Assembly (NCBI GenBank): GCA_040752415.1
Contig: JBFMGU010000117.1
Coordinates: forward strand, 1 to 33,040
Reading direction: 5' to 3'
From: Myxococcota bacterium
GTDB lineage: Bacteria > Myxococcota > JACRCW01
DNA length: 33,040 nucleotides
In this document: positions 8,759-17,340 of the stretch, one piece after another
Position numbering within the stretch: the stretch's first letter is position 1
How the letters are laid out: each line of letters begins with the position of its first letter
Position numbers and translations under genes: made by a program
Notes under the pieces: generated by a model
What the model was told of the DNA's origin: nothing
The model's database searches: none
What the model saw: the letters and a program-made list of their open reading frames with translations, nothing else

Positions 8759-10147
8759 ATGGAGCTGAGAGAGCTGGTTCCCCACCTGAAGGACGCCATT
8801 GGGCGGCTGGAAGAGCGGGTGCCCTATGCCAGCGCGTTGTGCACCCGTCGGAGCGGCATCTCCGTGCGTGCCACGGCCAAGCAGACCGCGGTGGAACCGT
8901 TGGACCCCATGCTCGGCTGCGTGCTCAGCGCATTCACCGGCGCGGCGTTCGTGGAGGTCTCCACCAATGACCTCACCTCGGAAGGCCTCAAGGCCGCCAC
9001 CGCCGCGCTGCTCGCGCGCATTGACGTGGCCGGCGTGGACCCCGACGGACCGCGCGTGGACCCCGGCGCCCCGCTCGAGAAGGAGTTCACCACCGAGGAG
9101 AAGCTTCCCGCGCGCAGCGTCCCGCTGAAGGACAAGGTGCAACGCGCACAGGAGCTGCGGGAGGACGTGCACCGTCGGGAATCCCGCATGGTGCACAGCC
9201 TGGCGCGCATTGGCGACGTGCAGACCGAGGAGCTCTTCGTCAACCGCACGCGCGTGCTGTACCAGGATCTCCGTCGGGCGGAGGCGCTGGTCTTCGTGGT
9301 GCTCGGCGACGGGGTGAACCAGAGCGAGCTCTACGGTGGCCGTTCCCGCGCCGGTGGCTTCGAGCATTGCCACCTCCCCGAGGAGCTCCGCGCCGAGGTG
9401 GTGCGTGACGCCGCGCGCATCCTGGGTGCGCCCCGTCCTCCCGCCGGCACCCATGACTGCATCTTCGCGCCGGACTTCAGCGGCCTGTTCGCGCATGAGG
9501 CGTTTGGTCACGGCACCGAGGCGGACATGTTCCTCAAGCGTCGCGCGCGCGGGGAGCAGTTCCTCGGAAAACAGGTCGCCAGTGACCTCGTCGACATGTT
9601 CGACAGCCCCGCCCTCCCCGGCCAGGCCGCCACCTTCTTCTTCGACCATGAAGGCCACCTGGCCAGCGAGACGCAGATCATCCGCAAGGGCGTGCTGACC
9701 TCTCCCATCACCAACCTCGACGCCGCGCTGCGCCTGGGCCTGCCGCGCACCGCCAACGGCCGACGGGAGAGCTTCGAGCGCAAGGTCTATACGCGCATGA
9801 CCAACACGTACTTTGGCGCGGGGAAGAGCACGTTCAAGGAGCTGCTCTCGTCGGTGGACCGCGGGCTGCTCATCAAGCACAGCTCCAACGGGATGGAGGA
9901 CCCCAAGGGCTGGGGCATCCAGTGTGAAGGCTACATGGCGGAGGAGATCGTCGCTGGGCGTCTCACCGGACGCGTCTTCTCCCCGGTGATTGTGACCGGC
10001 TACGTGCCCGACCTGCTCATGAGCGTGACCGGCGTGTCCGACGCCGTGGAGATCACCGGCCTGGGGACGTGCGGCAAGGGCCACAAGGAGTGGGTCAAGG
10101 TCACGGATGGCGGGCCGCACCTCCGGCTGCGCGCGCGGGTTGCCTGA
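8759..10147 (+). CDS. tldD: TldD family metalloprotease
   Basis: HExxGH motif (FAHEAFGHGTEAD), FFDHEG, ANGRRES, RMTNTYF and C-terminal CGKG...GGPHLR. Start reassigned to ATG 8759. Confidence 0.92.
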   Translation: MELRELVPHLKDAIGRLEERVPYASALCTRRSGISVRATAKQTAVEPLDPMLGCVLSAFTGAAFVEVSTNDLTSEGLKAATAALLARIDVAGVDPDGPRVDPGAPLEKEFTTEEKLPARSVPLKDKVQRAQELREDVHRRESRMVHSLARIGDVQTEELFVNRTRVLYQDLRRAEALVFVVLGDGVNQSELYGGRSRAGGFEHCHLPEELRAEVVRDAARILGAPRPPAGTHDCIFAPDFSGLFAHEAFGHGTEADMFLKRRARGEQFLGKQVASDLVDMFDSPALPGQAATFFFDHEGHLASETQIIRKGVLTSPITNLDAALRLGLPRTANGRRESFERKVYTRMTNTYFGAGKSTFKELLSSVDRGLLIKHSSNGMEDPKGWGIQCEGYMAEEIVAGRLTGRVFSPVIVTGYVPDLLMSVTGVSDAVEITGLGTCGKGHKEWVKVTDGGPHLRLRARVA

Positions 10148-11469
10148 TGACACACCTCAAGCTCGACGACATCGTGGCCGTCCTGGACCGCCAACGCGAC
10201 CTCAGCGCCTGGCAGGTCACGGAGACGCGCAGCCGCTCCACGCAGCGCTACACCGTCTTCACCCGCGACGAGGCGCGCCGGGAGGTGGAGACCACGCGCT
10301 ACAACGTCACCGTCCACGTGCGCCATCCCCACGACGGAGCGGAGCGACTGGGTGAGAGCAGCTTCACCCTCACGCCGCACGTCACCACGGACTGGCTGCG
10401 CCAGGAGATCGACGGCGCCATCCAGCGTGCCGCGCTGGTGCACAACGAGGTCTACGAGATCCCCGCGCCCGACGGGAAGGGTTTTGACGTCGTCACCGTG
10501 GACCAGCGCGTGGTGGAGAACGCCGCCGCCATCGTGGACGAGGTGACGGAGGACATCCGCGCCGCCGCCGCCGCGCACGCGGGCGTGGAGCTGAGCAGCA
10601 GCGAGGTGTTTGCCAACTACGCCCAGACGCGCCTGCGCAACAGCAAGGGCCTCGACGTCAGCCGCGCCGAGACCGAGCTGATGGTGGAGTACGTGCTGCT
10701 GGCGAAAGACGGCAAGAACGAGGAGCACGAGATCTGGCAGAGCCCCAAGAGCCGCCTGCTCAGCCACCTGCAGATCAAGGACCACGTCGACCGTTACGTG
10801 CAGTACACGCGGGACGGTCTTGACGCGCAGCTCCCGCGCAGCGGCACGTTCGACGTCGTGTTTGGCGAGGAGGCGTTGGACACGCTGTGGAGCTACTTCT
10901 CCGGCCAGGCCGACGCCGCGGCGCGCTATGAGGGCTGGAGCCGCCTCAAGCTGGGCTCGCCCGTCATCAACAATCCTCGCGGTGACCGCATCACGCTCAT
11001 CAGCGACCCCACGCTGGAGGGCGGAATGGCCTCGGAGCCATTTGATGGCATGGGCCAGCGCTGCCTGCGCACCACCATCATCGAGGACAACATCTTCAAG
11101 CAGTACATCGCCACCAGGAAGTACGCGGACCTCACCGGCGTGCCGGCCACCGGGCCCATGGGCAACACCGTGGTGCTGCCGGGCAAGACTCCGGAGAAGG
11201 ACCTCTTCAAGGGCAAGAACCCCGTGTACGAGCTGCTGCGGTTCTCCACGTTCATGCCCAGTCCCACGTCGGGGAGCTTCTCCGGGGAGATTCGCACCGG
11301 GTACCTGCACAAGGGCGGCAAGCGCATCCCCATCAAGGGCGGCAGCGTCTCCGGAAACGTGCAGCAGGCCTTCCAGAACGCCACGTTCTCGTCGGAGATC
11401 ACGCGGCGGGAGGCGTACCACGGCCCACGCGCCGTGCTGCTGACCGGCCTCACGCTCAGCGGCGAGTGA
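10147..11469 (+). CDS. tldE: TldE/PmbA family protein (non-catalytic partner of TldD)
   Basis: TGATG overlap with tldD; PFDGMG, SGSFSGEI, IKGGSVSGN; no HExxH motif. Confidence 0.85.
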   Translation: MTHLKLDDIVAVLDRQRDLSAWQVTETRSRSTQRYTVFTRDEARREVETTRYNVTVHVRHPHDGAERLGESSFTLTPHVTTDWLRQEIDGAIQRAALVHNEVYEIPAPDGKGFDVVTVDQRVVENAAAIVDEVTEDIRAAAAAHAGVELSSSEVFANYAQTRLRNSKGLDVSRAETELMVEYVLLAKDGKNEEHEIWQSPKSRLLSHLQIKDHVDRYVQYTRDGLDAQLPRSGTFDVVFGEEALDTLWSYFSGQADAAARYEGWSRLKLGSPVINNPRGDRITLISDPTLEGGMASEPFDGMGQRCLRTTIIEDNIFKQYIATRKYADLTGVPATGPMGNTVVLPGKTPEKDLFKGKNPVYELLRFSTFMPSPTSGSFSGEIRTGYLHKGGKRIPIKGGSVSGNVQQAFQNATFSSEITRREAYHGPRAVLLTGLTLSGE

Positions 11470-11473
11470 ATCC

Positions 11474-12061
11474 ATGAAGGAAACCGGTCAGGTCATCGGC
11501 CTCCCGGAGACGGACCGCGACGGGCGCCTCTCCCTCGGGATGAACCTGTTCCTGCTCTCCTGGGCGGGCTCGTTCCTGGGACTGCTGGGCTGCTACGTGT
11601 TCCTGCGCGTGTTCGCCACGGAGTGGAAGCCCGCCGGCGCGCCCGGCATCCCGCTGCTTCTCCCGTCGGTGGCCACGTTCATCTTGGCGGTGAGCTCGGT
11701 GACGGCACAGAAAGGCCTCAACGCCGTGCGCCATGCGCGACCGCAGGAGCTCTTCCCGCTGTTGCTGGCCACGTGGGGGCTGGGGGTCCTGTTCACGGTC
11801 ATCCAGTTCGTAGTCTGGGTGACGTTGTGGAACGCGGGGATGAGCGCGCGCGGCACCTACGCCGGCACGTTCTACGCGATCACGATCTTCCACGCGTTGC
11901 ACGTCGTGGTGGCGCTGGGACTGCTCGGCTGGCTCGCACGCGACGCAAGGCGCGGAGCGTTCCACGGACGCAACTACATCCGCGTCACCATGGTCACGCG
12001 CTTCTGGCACTTCCTCGACGTCAGTTGGCTGCTCATCTTCCTGCTGGTCTACGTGTGGTGA
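11474..12061 (+). CDS. Heme-copper oxidase subunit III-like protein (short, about 5 TM)
   Basis: YAGTFYAITIFHALHV and FWHFLDVSWLLIFLLVY are typical COX3/CtaE/NorE C-terminal motifs. Confidence 0.88.
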   Translation: MKETGQVIGLPETDRDGRLSLGMNLFLLSWAGSFLGLLGCYVFLRVFATEWKPAGAPGIPLLLPSVATFILAVSSVTAQKGLNAVRHARPQELFPLLLATWGLGVLFTVIQFVVWVTLWNAGMSARGTYAGTFYAITIFHALHVVVALGLLGWLARDARRGAFHGRNYIRVTMVTRFWHFLDVSWLLIFLLVYVW

Positions 12062-12112
12062 GCCGTCTGGATGTCCGACTGGAGCGGCGTTAGCATCCAG
12101 GGCGGAGGACTC

Positions 12113-12739
12113 ATGGCCTCGGTTGTCTCCCCTGGACCTGGTCAGCAGATGGCGCCCGCGCTGCCGCTCAAGCGGTTCACGGTGGAGGAGTACCACCGGA
12201 TGATCCGCGCCGGCGTTTTCACAGGTGACGACAGGTTCGAGCTGCTGGAAGGATTGGTAATCAGCAAGATGGTCCGCAATCCGCCGCACGACGTCACCCT
12301 GCTGCACCTGACGGATGCGCTGCGTTCCCGGGTCCCCGCGGGATGGCACCTCCGGCCACAGATGGCGATCACCACCTCGGATAGTGAACCCGAACCCGAC
12401 ATCGCCATCGTCCGTGGCGAGGTCGACGACTATCTTGAGAGTCATCCCCGCCCGGAAGACATCGCGCTGCTTGTCGAGGTCGCCGAGTCCACGTTGGAGC
12501 GCGATCGCGTCGTGAAGGGCGCGATCTACGCGCGCGCCAACATCCGGACCTACTGGATCATCAACCTCGTCGACTTCAAGGTCGAGGTTTACACAAACCC
12601 CTCGGGCCCGACGCTGTTGCCGGCGTTTGGTCGTCATGTGGACTTCGGGAGGGGGGAAGCGGTGCCGCTAGAAATCGCGGGAACGACGGTGAAGCCAATC
12701 GGCGTCGACGAGGTTCTGCGGGTCCGGCGTCCGGGCTGA
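12113..12739 (+). CDS. Uma2 family PD-(D/E)XK endonuclease
   Basis: GGAGGA RBS before ATG 12113; FTVEEYHRM, ELLEG, EPEPDIAIV, LLVEVAEST...DRVVK..YARANIRTYWIINL. Confidence 0.9.
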   Translation: MASVVSPGPGQQMAPALPLKRFTVEEYHRMIRAGVFTGDDRFELLEGLVISKMVRNPPHDVTLLHLTDALRSRVPAGWHLRPQMAITTSDSEPEPDIAIVRGEVDDYLESHPRPEDIALLVEVAESTLERDRVVKGAIYARANIRTYWIINLVDFKVEVYTNPSGPTLLPAFGRHVDFGRGEAVPLEIAGTTVKPIGVDEVLRVRRPG

Positions 12740-12742
12740 GCC

Positions 12743-13579
12743 TCAGGTGGGCTCTTCCCTGGTCACGCGCTTCTTGTAGAGCGCCAGGATCTCCGCCGCG
12801 GTCTCCTCAATGGCCTTCCCGCTCACGTTGATCACGGGCCACTGCGGGTGCGAGGCAAAGAACTCCTCCACCCACTTCAGCTCCCGGCTCACGTTCTCCT
12901 TGAGCCCGTACGCGCTGTCCGGCGGCATGCCCAGGTGACGCAGCCGCTCCTGGCGGATCTTCACCAGCGTGTTGAGGTCAATGGTCAGCGCGAAGATCTT
13001 GTGCTGGTCCACCTGGAAGAGCTCGCGCGGGGCGGGCACGTCGGGGACCAGCGGCACGTTGGCCACCTTCCACCCGCGGTGCGCCAGGTACGTGCTGAGC
13101 GGCGTCTTGGACGTGCGGGACACGCCCACCAGGATCATGTCCGCCTTGATGAGGTTGCGCGGCTCCTGTCCGTCGTCATTCTTGACCGCGAACTCCACCG
13201 CCTCGATGCGACGGAAATACTCCTCGTTCAACGACGCGGAGATGCCCGCCTGCATCAGCGGCGGCGCGCCAAAGAACAGGCTCAGCTTCACCATGAGGGC
13301 GCCAATGACGTCGGCGGCGGGCACGCCCATGGCCTCGGTGGCCTCCTGCATGGCGCTGCGCAGCTCCACGTCCGCCAGCGTGTAGCTGATGAACGCCTGC
13401 TCCTCCTTGGCGCGCTCCACGATGGTGCGGATCTCCTCCACGCTGCGCACCTTGGTGAAGCCCTTCACGCGCGGGCGCACCGCCGGGAACTGCAACAGCG
13501 CCGCGCCGGTCACGCGCTCGGCGGTTTCCCCCGTCGCGTCGGAGACCAGAAAGACCCGAGGGAGCTCCTTGGCCGTCAT
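12743..13579 (-). CDS. ppsR: Pyruvate phosphate dikinase regulatory kinase/pyrophosphorylase (DUF299, PDRP/PpsR family)
   Basis: SDATGETA, YFRRIEAVEFAVKNDDG, P-loop GVSRTSKTPLSTYLA, KVANVPLV, AIEETAAEI; GGAGGTGG RBS. Confidence 0.93.
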   Translation of the reverse strand: MTAKELPRVFLVSDATGETAERVTGAALLQFPAVRPRVKGFTKVRSVEEIRTIVERAKEEQAFISYTLADVELRSAMQEATEAMGVPAADVIGALMVKLSLFFGAPPLMQAGISASLNEEYFRRIEAVEFAVKNDDGQEPRNLIKADMILVGVSRTSKTPLSTYLAHRGWKVANVPLVPDVPAPRELFQVDQHKIFALTIDLNTLVKIRQERLRHLGMPPDSAYGLKENVSRELKWVEEFFASHPQWPVINVSGKAIEETAAEILALYKKRVTREEPT

Positions 13580-14106
13580 CCACCACCTCCTGCCGAATGG
13601 GCGCCGTCCATTTGGAGGCCGCCGGTCGCAGCGTCAAGCGCTCCCGCGTCCGGTCCCCCCTGGATCCATACCTCCGCCCGCGTCTCGGCTTGCCTGCCGT
13701 CACGATCCTGGAGCGCCACCGCCAACAGGGATGCGCGCCCCTGGACCAGCTGCGGGCTTGGTACCGCCACCCGCAGGTCGCGCTTTACGCACTGTCCATT
13801 CTCGATGTCAAAGCTCGTCACCACCGAGGCCGCGGGCATCAGCGCGGACATGCTCACCGTGTCCAGCAGCGTGAAGGAGAGCGTGGCGCCCTCGGGATGC
13901 ACGTTGCGCGCGCCCACCTCCACCACCGCGTCCCAGCCGCCGTCCAGACCCGGGACCAGCGGCCCCACCACGCCGCCGTCGGCAAGGAGCCACACGCCCG
14001 GCGGGCCGCTCAGCGTCTTGTTGGGGCCCAGGGGACCGGGTCCGTCGGGAGTGGGGCTTCCGCTGGTGCAGCCCATCACCGCCGCCAGCAGCAGCAGCGC
14101 CCTCAT
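13576..14106 (-). CDS. Hypothetical lipoprotein (176 aa)
   Basis: 3' part of the listed 13576..15843 frame. MRALLLLAAVMGC lipobox; ATGA overlaps with both the dctQM stop and the ppsR start. Confidence 0.75.
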   Translation of the reverse strand: MRALLLLAAVMGCTSGSPTPDGPGPLGPNKTLSGPPGVWLLADGGVVGPLVPGLDGGWDAVVEVGARNVHPEGATLSFTLLDTVSMSALMPAASVVTSFDIENGQCVKRDLRVAVPSPQLVQGRASLLAVALQDRDGRQAETRAEVWIQGGPDAGALDAATGGLQMDGAHSAGGGG

Positions 14107-16262
14107 GGCGTGGGTTCCGCGGGCGCGGCTCCGGGCTGCACAGGCGCGGCTTCCGTCGGTGCGGGTGCGGGTTGCGCAGGCGCGCCTTCCGTCGGCGCGG
14201 GTGCGGGCTCGGCGGGTGCGGCTTCCGTGGGTGCCGCGGGCTGTGCGGCGGCGGGTTTGGAGCGCGCGTCCCAGATCTTCACCACGCCCGTCGAGAGGCC
14301 CGGCACGTAGGTGATGATGAGGACGGAGAACGACATGATCAGCAGGAACGGGAACGCCGCGCGGTAGAGCTGTGGCAACGGTTTCCCGAAGCGGGTGGCG
14401 CTCAGGAAGAGGTTCAGGCCCACCGGCGGGAACAGGAAGCCCAGCTCCAGGTTGGCCAGGAAGATGATGCCCAGGTGCAGCGGGTCCACGCCGTAGGCGT
14501 TGCCCAGCGGAGCCAGCAGCGGCGCCAGGATCACAATCGCGCTGAAGATCTCCAGCACGCTGCCCAGCACCAGCAGGAGCGCGTTCAACGTCAGCAGGAA
14601 GACCACCTGCGAGGTGATGTGCGCCTTGACCCAGTTGATGATGATCTCGGGAATGCCCTCGTCGACGAGGTAGCTGGTCAGGCCCATGGCCATCCCCAGC
14701 ACGATGATCACCGAGCCCACCAACGTGCCCGCGTCGACGAGCGCGTTGGTCAGACCGCCCCGCAGCTTGAGGGTCCGGCAGATGAACACCTCGATGATCA
14801 TCGCGTAGACAAAGGCGAGCGCGCTGGCCTCCACCATCGTGGCGAGTCCGGTGGCGAACGCGCCCAGCAGGATGAGCGGGATGCCCAGGTCCCACTTGGC
14901 TTCCTTGACGGCGCTCACCAGCTCGTCGCCACGGAACGCCTGGCGAGGAACGCCGCTGCGCGTCCCGACGAAGATCGCGTACGCGCAGACCATCAGGATC
15001 ATGAGCACACCCGGGACAAAACCCGCCACGAACAGGCGCTCCACCGGCTGCTCCGCCACCACCGCGTACAGGATCACCGGCACCGACGGGAAGAACAGCA
15101 ACCCCAGGCTCCCGCTCGCCGTCACCGCGCCCAGGGAGAAGTTCTCCGGGTACTTCTCGCTGCGCAGGATGGGATAGACCAGGCCGCCCAGCGCCAGGAT
15201 GGTGACGCCGGAGCCGCCCGTCAGCGTGGTGAAGATGGCGCACACCGCAATGACCATGAGCGCCAATCCCGCGGGGAGGGAGCCCACAATCGCGCGGAAG
15301 AGTCGCACCAGGCGCTGACTGGAGCCGCCCACCGCAAGCACGTAACCCGCTGCCGTCAGGATGGGCACGGCCGGAAGTGTGGGGCTGGAGACCAGGCGGT
15401 AGGTCTCGACGGGCACCGACGCAATGGGCGTGTCCGCCGCGAAGAACAGCACCATGGCAATGCCCGCCATGGCCGCGTAGACGGGCGCGCCCAGCAGCAG
15501 CGCGACGATGATGACGAGGCAACCCGGCCACGCCACGTGCTTGGCCAGGCTGACGGTCTCCTCGGCGTCGGGCGGCGGCGGGTTCAGCACCGGCTCCGCG
15601 GACAGGAAGTCCAGCGAGAAACACAGCCCCACGACGAGGAGACACAACACGCGCCACGGCCAACGCGGGCTGCTGCGCATGATCTGGTGCACCGCCACCA
15701 GCGCCAGGCTGACCGGCATGACGAGGACGCTGACCCACTCCGGCACGCCGCCGCCCAGCTCGGTACCGCTCCCGCGGAGACCGGTTGCCAGCTTCCAGCT
15801 TGCGTAGCTGGCCAGCGCGCTCACGGATGCCGCCACCGTCCACGCCACGAAGTGGGCCGCGGCGCGGAAGCGTCCTTCCGGGAGCAGCTCCGCCGTGGAG
15901 AGCGCGAGGTGTTTGCCTTCACGTGCGGCCAGCAGCGCGCCCAGGAATCCCACCCACATGGTGAGGTGGCGGACGTACTCCATGCCGCCGGGCACGCCCT
16001 TGTTGAACAGCTTGCGCCCCAGCACCTCGCTCACCGAGAGCAGCGCCATGGCCAGGAATGCGGTGATGACGGCGCCGTTCTCGACCTGCTTCAACAGGGG
16101 GAGCGTCTGCACGCCGGCGGTGCCGTGCCCGGGGCCGTGCGGAGCAACCTGCGTGGCGTCCGCGGGTGGCGCAACCGTGTTGGGACCGGCGCCCTCCCCC
16201 GTAGCACCCTGGGATTCACCGCCGGCGAGCTGGTCGGGCGCCTTGGTTTCACCGTTGGCCAT
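14103..16262 (-). CDS. Fused TRAP transporter small+large permease (DctQ-DctM, TPAT TatQM)
   Basis: DctQ motif WVGFLGALLAAREGKHL, then DctM motifs SGSLGLLFFPSVPVILY, ATMVEASA and DPLHLGIIFLANLELGFLFPPVGLNLF. Start at ATG 16262 (MANGETK). Confidence 0.93.
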   Translation of the reverse strand: MANGETKAPDQLAGGESQGATGEGAGPNTVAPPADATQVAPHGPGHGTAGVQTLPLLKQVENGAVITAFLAMALLSVSEVLGRKLFNKGVPGGMEYVRHLTMWVGFLGALLAAREGKHLALSTAELLPEGRFRAAAHFVAWTVAASVSALASYASWKLATGLRGSGTELGGGVPEWVSVLVMPVSLALVAVHQIMRSSPRWPWRVLCLLVVGLCFSLDFLSAEPVLNPPPPDAEETVSLAKHVAWPGCLVIIVALLLGAPVYAAMAGIAMVLFFAADTPIASVPVETYRLVSSPTLPAVPILTAAGYVLAVGGSSQRLVRLFRAIVGSLPAGLALMVIAVCAIFTTLTGGSGVTILALGGLVYPILRSEKYPENFSLGAVTASGSLGLLFFPSVPVILYAVVAEQPVERLFVAGFVPGVLMILMVCAYAIFVGTRSGVPRQAFRGDELVSAVKEAKWDLGIPLILLGAFATGLATMVEASALAFVYAMIIEVFICRTLKLRGGLTNALVDAGTLVGSVIIVLGMAMGLTSYLVDEGIPEIIINWVKAHITSQVVFLLTLNALLLVLGSVLEIFSAIVILAPLLAPLGNAYGVDPLHLGIIFLANLELGFLFPPVGLNLFLSATRFGKPLPQLYRAAFPFLLIMSFSVLIITYVPGLSTGVVKIWDARSKPAAAQPAAPTEAAPAEPAPAPTEGAPAQPAPAPTEAAPVQPGAAPAEPTP
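14141..14246 (-). repeat. About 3 x 36-bp imperfect tandem repeat encoding the Pro/Ala-rich tail of DctQM
   Basis: Units such as CAGGCGCGGCTTCCGTCGGTGCGGGTGCGGGTTGCG start at 14141, 14177 and 14213; peptide A(Q/E)PAPAPTE(A/G)AP. Confidence 0.8.
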
Positions 16263-16328
16263 GGGCCGGCCTTCTTGCCGCCGATGGGCGGGTCCGTCAA
16301 TGGTGGCCGGCGTCACGCTCCTGCACGC

Positions 16329-16366
16329 TTGAGGCGCGGGGGGCCCTTCCCTAGAGTGCGCCGCCC
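16329..16366 (+). promoter_or_regulatory. sigma70-type promoter of tatT-tatP
   Basis: TTGAGG-N17-TAGAGT followed by GC-rich GCGCCGCCC. Confidence 0.6.
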
Positions 16367-16392
16367 CTGGCCCTCCTCCACGGGCCCCTCAG

Positions 16393-17340
16393 GTGAAGAT
16401 CGTGCGCGCGCCTGCACTCCTGTTGTGCCTCGTCGCTGCCAGCGCCTGCTCACCGAGCAAGGTGGCCACCAAGGTCCTGGCGGACAACCTCTCGGAAACC
16501 GGCAGCAGCACCGTCTGGTCCGGCGACAACGACCCCGAGCTCATCAAGGACTCCCTGCCCTTCGCACTGAAGACCATGGAGAGCCTGCTCGCCTCGCAGC
16601 CGGATCACGTGGGCCTGCACGCGGCGTTGGCCAGCGGGTTCACGTCGTACGCGTACGGGTTCGTGCAGCAGGACGCGGACATGGCGGAGGACACCAGCCT
16701 GGCCGCCGCGCAGAGGGGCTGGGCGCGCGCCAAGAAGATGTACCGTCGAGCGCACCAGTACGCGATCCGCGGCCTGGAGCTGAAACACCCCGGCTTTGGC
16801 GCCGCGTTCCACAAGGACGCCAAGGCCGCCGCCGCCGCGCTCCGTCTCGACGACGTGGAGCTCGCCTACTGGGCGGGCGCGTCGCTGGCGGCGGAGATTG
16901 TGCTCTCCAAGGATCAACCGGAGCTCATTGCGGAGCTGCCCGCCGTGGGTGAGCTCATGAACCGCCTGCTGGTGCTGGATGAAGATTACGGCGCCGGCTC
17001 CGTCCATGAGTTCATGATCTCCTACGAAGGAGGCCGCCCCACCTCCATGGGCGGCAGCGTGGAGAAGGCGCGCAAGCACTTTGACCGCGCGGTGCAGCTG
17101 AGCGGGGGGAACAAGGCGGGCCCGTACGTGTCCTGGGCCGAGACCATTGCCGTGCAGCAGCAGGACGCCAAGCTCTTCCACGAGATGCTGGACAAGGCCC
17201 TGGCGGTGGACGTCAACAAGGTCCCCGCGTACCGCCTGCTGAACATCATCACGCAGAACCGCGCGCGCTGGCTGAAGGGCCGCGCGGAGGACCTCATCCT
17301 GACCCCTGACCCTGCCATGGAGAATCCGGAGAACCCATGA
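16393..17340 (+). CDS. tatT: TRAP transporter TatT component (TP0956-like lipoprotein)
   Basis: Lipobox ASAC; DNDPELIKDSLPFALKTMESLL, SYAYGFV, LDEDYGAGSVHEF, GGSVEKARKHFDRA; ATGA overlap with a DctP gene. Confidence 0.88.
   Translation: MKIVRAPALLLCLVAASACSPSKVATKVLADNLSETGSSTVWSGDNDPELIKDSLPFALKTMESLLASQPDHVGLHAALASGFTSYAYGFVQQDADMAEDTSLAAAQRGWARAKKMYRRAHQYAIRGLELKHPGFGAAFHKDAKAAAAALRLDDVELAYWAGASLAAEIVLSKDQPELIAELPAVGELMNRLLVLDEDYGAGSVHEFMISYEGGRPTSMGGSVEKARKHFDRAVQLSGGNKAGPYVSWAETIAVQQQDAKLFHEMLDKALAVDVNKVPAYRLLNIITQNRARWLKGRAEDLILTPDPAMENPENP

Noticed and set aside
8653..11469. RiPP cluster around tldD/tldE
   Set aside because: No YcaO, radical SAM or exporter gene, and no credible precursor peptide nearby.
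14107..15843. 755-aa ORF overlapping dctQM on the same strand
   Set aside because: Only the last 176 codons, from the lipobox ATG at 14106, look coding; the rest is an off-frame read of dctQM.
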